In this document: positions 49,365-62,930 of the stretch, piece by piece
How the letters are laid out: every line of letters starts with the position of its first letter
Numbering within the stretch: position 1 is the stretch's first letter
Origin: Camelus ferus
Taxonomy: Eukaryota
DNA: 64,000 nt
NCBI RefSeq assembly: GCF_009834535.1
Contig: NC_045697.1
Location: forward strand, 37,822,001-37,886,000
Direction of reading: 5' to 3'
The notes under the pieces: generated by a model
Database searches by the model: none
What the model saw: only the letters and a program-made list of their open reading frames with translations
What the model was told of the DNA's origin: nothing
Made by a program: the position numbers and the translations under genes

Positions 49365-50450
49365 AGAAAATGAGGGTAAAAATGCAAATTAAAACAATAA
49401 AAGGTCATTTTCACCCATTCCACTAGATTGGCAAAATGTTTAATGTTTGAAAATACCAGGTGCAGGCAAGGGTTTGGGAAATGGGTGCTGGCAGAAAGCA
49501 TAAGTTAGTTACAGCCATTTAAGAGGGCAATTTGGATGACACTATTAATTCTGTAACTGTACACACACAGCTCAACTATGTCAGGGCAGAGCTGATTATT
49601 CTAAGAGTGATGCAAACAATATTTTTCAGTCACTCTGGTCTGTTATATCACAAAAGCACAATAATAAAGATCACAAAAATTATCTTGTACAAAACTGACA
49701 ATCTGCTCAAATGAGAGTGCCAAGTGATCGTGGTAAGAGGTCTTTAGCAGACTGCCTTTTGAAAATGGGGTTAGGTGGAGGATGGAAGCCAATCAAACAT
49801 TACGTCCACATTCACAATATTATAGTATCTGCCCCAGAGAAACACTCACGTATGAGTACAGGATTGCTCATTGGTACACTGTAGTAGAATGGAAACCATC
49901 TAAAAGTCCATCAGTGGGAGACCACAGTATGCAGCAGCAAAAGAATGAGGCAATGTTTAAACTAACACAGTATTTTACATCAATTATACTTCAATTTTTA
50001 AAAAATGGGGCAGAAATATACATCCAGACACAGAACACCTCCAAGATGTTACTGAATAAAATTTTTAAAAACAGGCTACAAAAATGGTAAGTACAACTGA
50101 TACCACTCATGTAAAAATAAAATATATACACATTTGTGGATAAGTTAATTTTAAAATTAATTTTAGAAAAATATAATTTAAATTTATATATAGATAAATA
50201 AAATATAAAATTAGTTTTTATAATTAAAAATTAAGAAAAATAATTTAATATACTTTTCTAATATGAAATTAATTTTTATTAGTTTTAGAAAAATATATAC
50301 TAAAATGATAGTAATAGTTACATCTGGGGTAGGGAATGAGATAAAAAGGGTCAAAAGAGACTAACTTGATCTGTAACATTTGATTTTTAAAACTTACAAT
50401 AAAAATGCATTCATGTGTTTCCTGTGCAATTAACATGAACAATATTTTTA
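49365..50450 (+). mobile_element. Fragmented old L1ME-type 3' region with an AT-rich low-complexity tract
   Basis: AAATGCAAATTAAAACAATAA...ACTAGATTGGCAAAA; GGAAACCATCTAAAAGTCCATCAG; CATTCATGTGTTTCCTGTGCAATT. Confidence 0.6.
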
Positions 50451-53324
50451 AAGAAAGAAGTTCTCAGGGAGACAGACGGAAACCCATGCAGGCTGTACAC
50501 ACCAATGAAACTCCATGTGTTCATGGGTTTACTTCTTTGATGCTTTGATGCTTTCCCTGAGGTCTCTGGAAAAAGCCACATTCAGCAGAGTTTTGACTCT
50601 TGCTAAGTTGTGTTTTCTTTTTTCTTTTTTTAATTTCCTGTGTTTATTTAGTAAAGAAAGTTTTTTACTTCAAGAAGAAAAAGATGGAGGAAGAGGAGGA
50701 GAGGGAGTGGGAGAGAGGAAGACGAGGAGGGAAGTAAGATGGGGAAAACTAGAGAGAACCACACTTGCCCCCATACCCTGTGTGGGGAAGAGTCTGCCTT
50801 AGAATCCCAGCCCTCCCGCTTAACAGCTGGGTGAACTTGAGCTAGTGTCTTCAAGACCGGATGCTCCATTTTCTCTCCTGCAAACAGGAGCATTGGTAAG
50901 AAAGTCTAAGTAAGCTGTTCAGCTTGGGGTCTGGTGCATAGTGGGGAGTAAGGAAAAGGGCCCCTTATCAGGGGTACAGGGAGCTGAAAGCCTGAGGGCA
51001 AGGTGCTGGCTGGCCCTTCTGTGTTGGAATACGATTAATTCGACCTGATGGAGACTGACCAAGTCCTCCCATCTGTTATCTGACAAAGAGAAGGGAAGGA
51101 GATTTCATCAGCAAACCTAAGCCAGGCCTAAGGTTTCTACCCAGACCTAAGGTTCATCAGGTCAATGGGTTATCCTTCTCAGGAGACTTCCCATTTGCAG
51201 CACCTGATAATTTGCACAGCACTGTCCTCTCCGTTACCTACTGTGATTCTCACTAGTTGGTTAGGTTATCGGGCTGATACTATTAGCGTTTCCAGAGGAG
51301 GAAATTGAGGCTCCGAGTAGCTGGGTGACTTGCCAGAGTCACTTAGGAGTCGAGCGGGGACTCACACTCAGTTTCACGTGGTTACAAAGCCTGTATTACT
51401 TTCACTGCACGTCTGTACCTTACCCTTGGTCATTCAACAGTGCAAGCAACGGATGCAGGTAGAGTCAGGGCAGGGGCGTGGGTAGGAGCTAAAGGAAACC
51501 ATCTCTGGATTGTCTCCCACCACCAGTTCACCACAAGTCACTATCTACCTACTTCCATATAGAAAGGACAGCAAATTCCAGCCTCCTTTGTGGGAAAAAT
51601 TCTCAGTTCAACCCTGTATATAATCTAATCACCATGCTTGAATCTCCCTTATCCATTTTAAGATATCATTCATGTCAGGCTATTGTCTGCCTTTCTCCTT
51701 GATAAAGTTTTCCTTCTTTCTCCAACTCTCCACTCCTTTCCCAAACACATGGCACAGGGAAATGTGTATACTCCATATTTGTTTGGGAACCTTCTGAGTC
51801 CTTGGAGGATATTCTGAGATCATGTTCTATCCATGAATCGTTTTTTCCAAGATCCCCTTCTAGTGTCAGAAGCAGACTGTCCCTTAATCTTCAGGGGATT
51901 AAAACAGACTTTCCTCCTTCCTATGTGTGAAATGAACTGTGACCACTTGGCTTAGGTGGCTTTGTTCCTGGCCAGCAACAAAAGAGGGTATTTAAGGAGG
52001 AAAAATCATCTGGGCTGGTTTTCAAGAATCCAGTGAAAAGTTTCAAGATTTGTATGTTCTCAGATGCAGGCTCACACATCCCAGGAGAAGGAGGAGGGGG
52101 AGAAGGTAGAGGAGGAAGAAAGAAAAGAAAAAGCAAAACAAATAAAAAAAGAAAACAATCCCTTTCATACGAGGAAATGTTGACATTTTTAAAACAATGT
52201 ATTTTTTTCTGCCTGAGAACTTTAAGCAACACATCGAAATCAGGACCTATAAAAGTCAGCCCAGAGTCACGTTTCCGTAGTGTCTCTTTGCTTCAATAAT
52301 ATGCTAAAGCAGTTATAAATCCTTTGTCTGAAAGATGGGAAGGAAAGAAATTTTTCATCCAGGCGACGTGGATAAGATAGGGAGCCAAACACCATAATGT
52401 CTTCATGAGCCCTTCGACAAGATGACTTAAGAGACTGGTTCTCACTGCCAAAGCAAAGTAAAGTAGTAACTAAAGCAGTTTGCTGTATAAATTAGATGAA
52501 CTTGGCCCGATTTCATCAAAAAACTGAGAATTTGGAGAATTGAGGGGAGTAGACTTTCTTTGCCTAGGGAGTAGTCTCACTTTTCTGCTCCATTTGTTAG
52601 CAGATCAAGTTCCTCTGAAAAGTAAAGTAAGCAGGTATGGATATAGCTTAGGAATATTTCTATCTTATTGTTCTACAAAGTTAACTTGGTTGACTATATG
52701 CTAGAGACTTTGCATATACCATCTTATTTCATTCTCATGACACAGCCTCAGAAAAAAAAAATGTTATCAACCCCGATTTTCAGTTGAGGAAACTGATGTT
52801 CCAAGAGAGCTTCACTAAGTTATCCAAGATAACAGAACCAGAAGGTGGCAAAGAGAGGACTTGAACTTAACTCTGTATCAAACACACACACACAATTTTG
52901 TATTATATGCTTCAAAAAGAGAGCACATAAAAACTGTTGGGAAATCCATGTGTGAAACAATATATTTTTACAGTGGTCATGTGGGAGGAATTCATATTTG
53001 TGACATGAGTTGTCATGAAATGATGTCATGAATTCAACCTCTACATCCGTGGAAGAGATTCCCCATTCACTCTGTCTTACAGATACAGAAAATAGAGTTT
53101 AGGGGGATTGGTATAGGAAACCACTAGTCAAATGAGAACGGAGACCAAAGATACTTCAGCTTTAGGCTCTCTCGTTTTAAACATGTTATGGCTTATCCTT
53201 ATAAAAGACAACCTCCTGCCCATCACGGACATTATAGATTTGGATGCTGTAGATTGTAGTTTTTGTTGACTGTTCTGTAGACTGGTCAGCAAATTCAGCT
53301 TAAGACAGAGGAAGAGAGCTTCCT

Positions 53325-53550
53325 CGATGTAGTGTAGTAGTTAAGGGAATGAACTTGAGGGTCCAACAGACTGGATGTGAGTTCACACTCTCTCTCTTAA
53401 TGGTCATGTGCCCAGGACTAATTATTTAATCTCTAGAGCATCCATTTCCTCACTTGAAATGTGGTATAATAAAAGTATCGACCTCACTGGTTTACTCTGA
53501 GGATGAGTTAACACATTTAAACTACTTGTTCATGACACCTGACATTTTAG
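53325..53550 (+). mobile_element. MIR SINE
   Basis: GTGTAGTAGTTAAGGG...TTTCCTCACTTGAAATG...TGAGGATGAGTTAA. Confidence 0.75.
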
Positions 53551-54336
53551 TTAACATCAGAGCCACAATCAGACAAAAGAAATAACACTAAGCTTGTAAA
53601 AAAAAAATTAGGCATTTGACATACCTTCTCAAAACTAAGTCTGAGTATTAAAATTATTCTTCTAGAAAATGTAATCTCTCAGGTATACAGTATGCCTGGA
53701 GTACAGACAAAATTATGGAGTTGAAACAGGGATAAATTTTTATATTTATCATTTCCTCCCAGAAAATTAAACACTTAAATCACCATAAAAAGTACCAGTC
53801 ATCCTGTATTAGGCAAAACTGAAGGAGAAATATTTTCTCTTCCTCATAAAACAACAATATCCAAACTTATTATTTAAATCTTTTTATACCGGTCGGTAAT
53901 TTTCCTGTTCCTATGTTTGTACTGTTAAATATCTGGTCACTATCCTGTGTATAAAAATACTATATAATCAGAGATCAATCTTATGTAGCTCCTCTCCCCA
54001 AGAATGGACAACAATGACTTTAAGTATTCCTTCTATATTGACTTTGGCATAATTAATGATAATTTCATTGTGCTTTAGCTACTGGACAAACTTACAGAGA
54101 ATATAATCAACTAACCATTAGTGTATCCTGTAAACATAAATTATTAAGAGAGGGACTAAATGAGTAAGTAAATAAATAAGTTAAGTGGCCTTCTGTGGAG
54201 CTCTCACTCAAGCAAAAAAAATCAAAAGTTTTCAAGGATGAAACAAAGAACATTAGCACCACCTGGAGGCAAGAGTCTATTTGAAATGTAAGGGAGATAC
54301 TGTCCTCAGCACTGACACTGGCAGCAGAGATGGGCT

Positions 54337-54646
54337 AGCCCTGTGTGGTCCTAAATCGCAGCACACACGTGGCTACTGAGCACCTGAAATGTGGCTACTC
54401 CAAGAGATGTGCCATAGGTATAAAACACACCAGATATCGGAGGCTTAATATGGAAAAAAGAATGTAAACTATCTCATTCATAATTTTTATATTGATGACA
54501 TGTTAAAATAATATTTTTTATTATGAGAGCCAATGAAATGTTATTACAATTAATTTCACCTGTTTATTTTTTTCCTTTCTAATGTGGCTTCTAGACATTT
54601 AAAATTATACATACAGCTTACATTACCTTTGTATTGGACAACGCCG
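54337..54646. mobile_element. hAT-Charlie MER33-like element
   Basis: CACACGTGGCTACTGAGCACCTGAAATGTGGCTA...AATTAATTTCACCTGTTT...TATTGGACAACGC. Confidence 0.85.
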
Positions 54647-54651
54647 CTCTC

Positions 54652-54822
54652 ACCCTCACTGCTCAGGATGCGGGCCATGGGCCAGCAGCATGGGTGTTCC
54701 CTACCTGAGAGCTTGTTAGAAATGCAGACTCTCAGGCCCCATCCCCAACCTACTGAATAAGAACCTGCATTTTAGCAAGATCCTCAAGTGACTGATATGT
54801 ACATTAACTTTGAGACTTGCTG
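54652..54822. mobile_element. hAT-Charlie MER5A
   Basis: GAGCTTGTTAGAAATGCAGACTCTCAGGCCCCATCCC...CTGCATTTTAGCAAGATCC. Confidence 0.88.
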
Positions 54823-56189
54823 ATGTAATTCAACCTTCTTGTTTCAGAAATGGGCAAACTGAGACCCAGAGTGGCTTGGTCATGGTTATCTAGCTGGTTA
54901 CTTAAAGCCTGATTTCCCCAGTGGTCTTGAAACTGCGCAATACTCCACCCCACACTGCATTATCCTGCAGACCCTTCCATCTCGTAGAGTGAAAATAAAA
55001 CAGACTGCTGCTTCACTAGCAAAAACCAAAACATATTATTGTAAATCTATTTTAAAAAGACGATCTCAGGGATATTCTAGGGAATTCTTTAGTCCTTGTA
55101 AGTTAGTAAGTCACTGTAAGTCACTACATAAGAACGTAGAAAACCTGTGCTTTCTGAACTATTCCTGCAAATAACATCCTTTGACCATGAAAAAAGGTCA
55201 GAGTCTGGAATCAATAACATGCATTCCAATCACTAATCAGTTTTATAACCCAGTTCCTTGCAGGAGGGTCTTATTCATTCTTTGAATGTCCAGCTCCTCA
55301 CAATATGCTTAGCTCACAGAAAACTTTGAATACATGTGTTGAATGACCAGATTTGTTTCTGTTGATTAGGTTCTATACCTCAGGAAATGTTCCTTTCTTT
55401 ATGCAACAATGTAAAGAAATTCAGGAAAACACTTAAGTAGGAACCATAGCTAAAATTAGTAGTGCTTTTATGTCCAAATCCCTGTATAATTCAGGACATT
55501 GTTAAGAGAAAATTCAAATAGATACTGACTTTGGTCATGAAAATATAATTCATAGTGTAGAAAGAGGAGATGCTGGGTAAAATAAGATAATATTGGCAAG
55601 TAATTCCAAGGAGTAGAAGTTGTTAAAATTTTTTCACTCATTTTTGTAAAGATTTTTGCAAGACAGATTAATCAAGTCTAATCAATTTCCAGTGTCCTGT
55701 GCATATGACCCAAATGTTTTCTCTCAGAAGAAATTACTTTTTTGTATGCCAACTGGAAAATGTAGATTTAACTTAGGAAATGAATTTCTGTGCTATATGA
55801 ATTGAATATACTAACTACAATAGGAAGCACATTAATGAAATGATTTTTTTAAATGATGTAAGTCATATAGGAAGGAAAGTTTAACTCCCACTCTCTTCCT
55901 TTCAATTGTCCCATTTCCTCATGTTTTGTCCATTACTCATGTCAGGTTTTGTTATTAACCTAAATAAAATAATAGGACATCAATCATGCCTGTTATATAC
56001 AATAATGAACAGATGACTTGCATTTAATTATTGGAATGGTAATAACAATAAAAATAATAGGCAAAAATAGCATATATATCATTAATTTATACATCATTAA
56101 TACCCCCAAAACATATTAATCATTTGTTTGGCAATGAGGTAAGCACTGCCTTACAACATTTCTTTTATTGATGTCTTGAACAGATATGG

Positions 56190-57260
56190 AATGATTCATT
56201 CATTCAACAATATACACTGAGTACGTATACGCCAGGCACTAGAGAGACACGGGGAATAATAAAAACAGGCACTGCCCTCCTGGAGCATCTCTTTTCAAAC
56301 AATGAACATGTAAGTAATGAAACACATGGTACATCAGATTGCAGCAAGTGACGTGGTGAATATTAAAGGGGGGGAATGAAAAGCAGGGAGGTACACTTTT
56401 ACATAGGGTGGTCTCTCTTAATTTTGAGTGGGAACCCGTAAGAAGCAAGGGAGGAGGTCACATAGATATCTAGGGGAGGCTGCCTGCTCAAATGGAACAA
56501 AGTACAAAGGCCACAAGGCAGCAGCATGCTTACAGGTTGAATGCAGTGCAGAGACCAGTGTGAGGGGAGTGGAGTCAATGTGAGCAAGAGCAGGAGATGA
56601 AGTCAGAGAGGTAGCAGGGGCCAGATCCGGCAGAACACTGTAAGACACAGTAAGGACTCTGGATGTTCCTCCAAGTATGAGGAGAAACCACTAGAGGGTT
56701 TGTCAGTGACATGACATGATCTGACCTAAGCTTCAGAAGGACTCACTCTAATTGCTTTTTGGAAATAGGCCTTAGGGGGTCAAGGCACAAGGGGGAGTTA
56801 GAAGATCATTATAATAATCCAAGCAAGAAACGATGGTGACTTGGACCAGGATTGATGATGGTGATGATAACGAAATGATATAAAGTTCTAGACATATTCT
56901 GAAGGTAAAAATAGCAGGATTTTTGGGTGGACCTGATGTAGTGTATGAAAACACAACATAAAACCTCATGTTTTTTGAGCAATGGAGCTATCAGTTCCTG
57001 GAAAAACTGAGATGTGAATAGATTTCGTTGGGGAGTGGCAGAGGGAGGGAAGATCAGAGATTGGTTTTAGACAAGAATTTAAGATGACTTTTAAATATTC
57101 ATTTTTTTAATTGGATAGACTAGAGCAGAGTCAAAGGAAAGGAAAGGCTGAGGCTGGAATCCTTGGCATCATTTCAGTCTCTGACACAAGGGATCAACAA
57201 AGAAGTGAGTGGAAATGGAGCCAAGAAGAATTTCAGGACTGAGCTTTGGAACATCCAATA
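56190..57260 (-). mobile_element. L2 LINE 3' ~1.07 kb
   Basis: ATTCATTCATTCAACAA...GCCAGGCACT; GTGACATGACATGATCTGAC; GATGGTGACTTGGACCAGG. Confidence 0.85.
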
Positions 57261-57719
57261 CTGAAAGTATCCAATACTCAAATAACTGTTGAGATATTTA
57301 GTGTTGTCATTCCCCAACCAAAATGCTAGTTCCCTGAGGCTGAAGGCCGTTCTTCATATTCTTCACCAAGCACTCTGCCCATGGCGGGTGCCAAAACATA
57401 TCTGGTAAATGAATGAATAAAGGAGTGTATCAGGTAATGTTTAGAGCAGTTGCCAAGATGAAGGAAGAAAAGGTATGGGAGGACCATATCTGGCATCTTC
57501 CTCCAGTCCCCATAACTCACTCCTCCCCATGGGGGAAAGAATGACTTACCTACTTGACGAATTTGGAACAGGAAATTGAGACAGGGAGGCTCAGCAGTTT
57601 CTGGGTTCTTACATTTCCAGAGAGAGTTCTCAACTTCTAAGTAAAATTACCATTTGGGGGCTAGGAGAGGGAGAGGGGAATGATAAATTATCCCCTCTTC
57701 AAAACTCAATGTATTGTTA

Positions 57720-58845
57720 TATGGTCTTTTGTAATTGGTTTCTTTCACTTAGCATATATACATTTTTCAAGGCCCATCCATATTGTAGCATGTATCAGTC
57801 TTTCATTTCTTCTTATGGCCAGATAGCATCCCATTGTAAGGATGTACTGCATGTTGTTTATCCATTCATCAACTGATAGACAGTTGAATTGTTTCCACCT
57901 TTGGCAATTGTGAATAATGCTGCTGTGAACACTCATGTACAAGTTTTTGTGTAGACGTGTTTTCAATTCAATTTCAATGTTTTGGTCATATTCTTAGAAT
58001 TAAAATTGCTAGATCATAGGGTACCTCTATGTTTAACTTTCTGAGGAACTTCCAGGCTGTTTTTCAAGGTAGATGCTCCATTTTACATTCCCATCAGTAG
58101 TGTATAAGAGTTCTGATTTCTCCACAACACTTGTTCCCATGTGATCATCACCAGTCATCCCACTGTGTGTGAAGCAGTATCTCATTAAGGTTTTGATTTG
58201 CATTTTCCTAATGGATAACAATGTTGTGGGTCTTCTGATGTGCCGTTTCTATATTTTTCTTTATTCTTTCCCCACCACACAGACTGGTTTGGATCCTATT
58301 TCTATTATACTGGACTCTGTATTGTATTATACCATACCTTACATTTCTAACATTAACTTGAAGCTTTAGGTCGAACATGATAGTTCTTATCCTTCTCCCA
58401 AACACAAAGACCTTAAAAGAACTTACCACTTCATCCCATCTTAACTGTTATACAGTATTTTATTCCAACTTTATTTTTATACCTTACAAATTTATCATTA
58501 TTTTATGAGGTCAGTGCTTACTGGGTAATCTAAGTAAACACTCCTGTTTGCTAATCACATTATTTATCATTGTTCACTGCATCTCACTCTTTCCTTCTGG
58601 GTTCAATTTCCTTCTTCCTAAAGAGCGTGTTCAAGAATTTTTTTAATAATACCCTACAAGTGATAAATTATATTTCTTCTTTTTTAAAATTTCTCTTATT
58701 TTTGGATGATAGTTTATTTTGTATAGTTTCTAACTGATGGTTACTTTGCTTTAATATTTTAAAATATGACTCCATTGATTTCTGGATTCTATTATTACTG
58801 TTGTTGGTCTAATTATTACTCCTCTAGATAAATGTCTTTATTCTA
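57720..58845 (-). mobile_element. Old L1 fragments (L1MB/MC-type 3' end plus older L1M pieces)
   Basis: TTCTTTCACTTAGCAT...TTACATTCCCATCAGTAGTGTATAAGAG...GTTTTGATTTGCATTTTCCTAATG. Confidence 0.8.
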
Positions 58846-58847
58846 TC

Positions 58848-59470
58848 TATGGAAATAATCAATAAACCAATCTATAATAGGTATAGAAAAAAGTTTTACT
58901 TGAACCAAACTGAGAAATATACCCCAGAAGACACAGATTCAAGAAGCACTTGCATTCTGTTCCACGGGACTACAAAATGGGAGAGGCTTATAAAGGCAAA
59001 ACCCACAAAATTATGTAAGTTCTCTGTCAAGGATTACAATTGTAGCTAGCAAAAAATAAGGGGTGCTTACTAAGCAAGGTTTGGTTGGGTCCAAAATGGT
59101 TGCAGAGTTACAAGGGGAGACCTTGAGACCATAAGGTTTCAGCTGGCAGCTGCTAGCAGACACTGTTTTGAGAATGGTTGGTGGTGTCCTTGAGTCTGAT
59201 ACAGTTCAGAAAATTCAGGTTCTCACTGATGCAGGAAAGTGTCTGAATCCAGATCCACAAGAGCCACCCAGCTCCTTCCTGGATGCCTGAACCACAGTTA
59301 CTCCATTTTGATTTTTTAAGTGCATTCTTTTCCTTTAATGGTTAAAGTAGATGAACAATGTATGCCTGACAGTCCATAAAACAGGTTGTTCTGTTAGCAT
59401 AAATCTTAAGTTAAATCACATATAAGCCAGAATGACTTCCCCATACCTCAATGTGAAAATTTCTTCCATC
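58848..59470 (-). mobile_element. ERV1-class solo LTR (MER41/MER57-group-like)
   Basis: TTTTACTTGAACCAAACTGAGAAATATACCCCAGAAGACACAGATTCAAGAAGCAC resembles antisense 3' LTR ends of this group; compositionally distinct block interrupting L1. Confidence 0.6.
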
Positions 59471-60837
59471 GTTTCTCTAATTGAATTTAAGAATGTGTGT
59501 GTGTTTTGTCTCTGATGTCCATTTTCACTTCTGTGTCTAGATGTCTATTTCTATTTATTCTGCTCAAGTTTCATTATGTTTCTTAAATATAAAGATTCAC
59601 AATTTCAATCAAATTGGAAAATTTTTCAAACACTACCTTTTCAAATATTATCTGTTCAGCATTTTCTCTTTTCTTTTCTTCTCGCATCCTACTGATAATT
59701 TGCTGGCCCTCTTTCTTTCTCCTTGTTTCTTATCTTCTTTCATTTTCCATCTCTATCAATTTTTGCTCCTTTCTGAGAATCTACCGTAGATTTAGCTTCC
59801 GGGTCTCTTGTCAGCTATCTCTAACTAGCTATTTAATCACCTTTTTCCTTTTCTAAAAGCTCTGTTTGGTTCTACAGAACTTCCCTGGTCTTTTCCTAAC
59901 AGTGCATTCTTTTCTAGGATTCAAATCCCTTTCATTGTGTCTTCAATCACTGCAAACATATTTATTTTATATCTTTCAGACTGTGGTTCATTTATCTCAA
60001 TTTCTTACTGTTCTGTACTCCTGATTTTTTTCATTTAGAGTTCTTCCATATAAGTTCTGACTCTTTTTAGGAACCCATCTTATTGTGAGTTCTTTTTCTC
60101 TGACAATTTCTTTCAAGTGTTCTGGCATTTGCTCATGCCAGGCAGAAGTATCAAAGTATGTTACTTTCTCAGCTGAGAAAGACAGCTAAAGATGAGATAG
60201 AACTGGTGACTGGGAAACTGAACCTGAGAGAAACAACTAGAAAGCAGATAGGTTGATATTTACCTCCCAACTCAAGCCCAAGCTACCACATACAAGCCCT
60301 TTTTTCCCCAACTATTTCTGCCAGTGTGTAGATTTCTTTTTTTAATTCATTTTTAAACATTTTCACCATAGAAGGCTACAGAGAAATTTTATTAAAGTAT
60401 TTATTGTTGGATTAGGTTGTAAATGGTAGCAGCAGGCTATTACTCCTGCCATAACAAATAGAAAAAAATAGAAACAGAAACAAAAATCACATTTTAAGAC
60501 ACTGAATGACTGCAGAAACAAAGTCTAGAGAAGTTGAATTTCAGAGAAAGAAAAGTCTTTCCTAGGAAATAGGAAGTCATTTCTCTCCTGACATACTATC
60601 TGTATGACAGAATAAAGGGTAGGGCTTCTCTGAGGGAAAACACTAACTTCAACATCTTTGGTCCTTTTATAGGCACACCAGGGTATCTTCTCTGACAAGA
60701 ACAAGTCAGGCATCCTAAGGAGTTGCTCTCTCATCCACAGAACGGGTGCTAATGCCACCTCATAGAGTCAAGGTGCTGATTAAACCAGAATGCACTTTAA
60801 AAACAAGGTCTGATATATAATAAAAATTATGAAATGT

Positions 60838-60885
60838 GTACACCAGAAATTGACACATTGTAACTAACTATACTTCAATTAAAAA
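60838..60885 (+). mobile_element. ~48-bp ultra-truncated L1 3' tip
   Basis: GTACACCAGAAATTGACACATTGTAACTAACTATACTTCAATTAAAAA between TAAAAATTATGAAATGT and TAGAAGTTGTGAAATGT. Confidence 0.8.
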
Positions 60886-60979
60886 TAGAAGTTGTGAAAT
60901 GTAAAGCACATAAAATATGAACTACAATCAAAAGAAAAATAGACAATAGAAGCAGACACATAGATGATTCAGTCAAATA

Positions 60980-62930
60980 GAAAGAGACAATAATCCTTAA
61001 TGGGTATGGACCCAATAACAGCTTCAAAATATAGAAAGAAAATGAATAAAAATCAATAAATAAAGGAAAAGACAGGCAAATCCACTATCATCCCTATATA
61101 TTAGCACATCTCCTTCATGAAATCACACAGCAAGCAGACAAGAACATATAAAATACTTGAATACTATTAACCAATTTGATTTAATTGATATTTATGAAAT
61201 ACTATGCTTAACTACTATAGAACACACTTTCTTCTCAAGTACACTTAAACATTTACAAAATACCATATATTGGAACATAAAGCAAATCTCAACACATTCC
61301 AAAAGATTGGTATCACACAAAAATGTTCACTGACCACAGCAGAATTAAAGTAGAAATTAATAATGAAAAGACAACTAAAAAATTGAGGGAAGAAGTCTTA
61401 ATGGAAATTGGAAAATATTTTAAACTAAACAATAATGTATCAAAATTTGTGGGATGCAGGTAAAGCAATGTTTAGAAGGAAATTTGATAGTTTAAATGCT
61501 CATTAGAGAAAAAAGATTTCAAATCAATGATCTAAGGTTTCATCTCAAGAAGCTAGAAAAAAATAGTAGTTACACTCAAGAAATGAGAAACATGGGAAGA
61601 TAAGAACAAAAAAAATTAATGAAATAGAAGATAAACATAAAATAGGGAAAATCAACAAATCAATATTTAACTCTTCGGAAACATTAATAAAAGTGATAAA
61701 ACTCTACCAAGACTGGTAAAGAAAATATAAATCATCAATACTAGAAAAAAAAGAGGACATCACTATAGATCCCTACTGATGTTAAAACGGAGACAAGATT
61801 ATTATAAATAATTATAATTAGTAAATATGACTATTCTGAATAACTATACAACTTAAGAGAAATAGACAAATTTACTGAAAAACACAACTTTCCTAAAGTG
61901 ATACAAAAGTAAACGTAACTCTTAGTCCCAAAGAAAACTCCAGGCCTAGATGGCATCACCAGTAAATTCTATTAACATTTCATGAAAAAGTAAACCATTC
62001 CCATACAAATTCTTTCAGAGAAAAGAGGAAGAAAGAACAATTTCCAATTTGTTTCATGAACTAACAGGGCACTGATACCAAAACTTAATACGGACATTAC
62101 AAGAAAAGAAATTTATAGACCAGTATCCCTCATGAGAAAAGACATTAAAAAAAAACCTCATCAAAATATTAACAAATCAAACCCAACAACATATAAAAAT
62201 ATACCAAATCATAACCAAATGAGGTTTATCCCAAGAATGTAAGGTTGGTATATTTTTCATAAATCAGTGAAATTAATTACCTTAAGAGAATACAGTTGAC
62301 CCTTGAACAACATGGATTTGAACTGCCAGGGTCCACTTACATTTAGATTTTTTTCAACAACCTGTGATTGGTTAACTCCTCCAAAATGGAGGAACTGCAG
62401 ATACAGAGGAATGCTGGATATGGATGGATCAATTACAAATTACACATGGATTTTCAGCCTCACAGAGGGTTGGCATCCCTAATGCCCCCATGTTGTTAAG
62501 GGTCAACCATAAATTTAAAAAAATACATGATTATCCCAGTAAGTGCTTAAAAATTATATAATATTCAGAACGTTTCATGATTAAAAAATTCTAATAAAAC
62601 TTGAAATAAAGGGAACGTTTTCAACCTAGCAAAAGGTATTTATATAAAACCTATGAATAATATCATATTTAATGGTGAAAAACTGAATGCTTTGTCCTAA
62701 AAATCAGGAATGAGGCAAGAATTCCGACAAGACAATGATGTTTCCTCTCACCACTTCTATCCAACATTGTACTTGAGGTTTCACCCATTCCATAAGGCAA
62801 TAAAAATAAATAAGAGCCATCCAGATGAGGAAGAAAGAAGTAAAATGGTCCTTATTCACAGATGACACGAATACAGAAAATCCTAAAGTAGCTACAAACT
62901 CTTAGAATAACTAAATTTTGTAAGATAAAA
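60980..62930 (+). mobile_element. Old L1 ORF2 (endonuclease to RT) relic, degenerate
   Basis: CAAAATTTGTGGGATGCAG, CCAGGCCTAGATGGCATCACCAGTAAATTCTA, TTATTCACAGATGAC (FADD-region). Confidence 0.9.
62293..62509. mobile_element. Tigger2-derived MITE (MER8-like) inserted in L1
   Basis: TIRs CAGTTGACCCTTGAACAACA ... TGTTGTTAAGGGTCAACCA, flanked by TA. Confidence 0.9.

Noticed and set aside
52248..52255. TATAAAAG TATA box
   Set aside because: An isolated motif in AT-rich DNA with no convincing downstream exon
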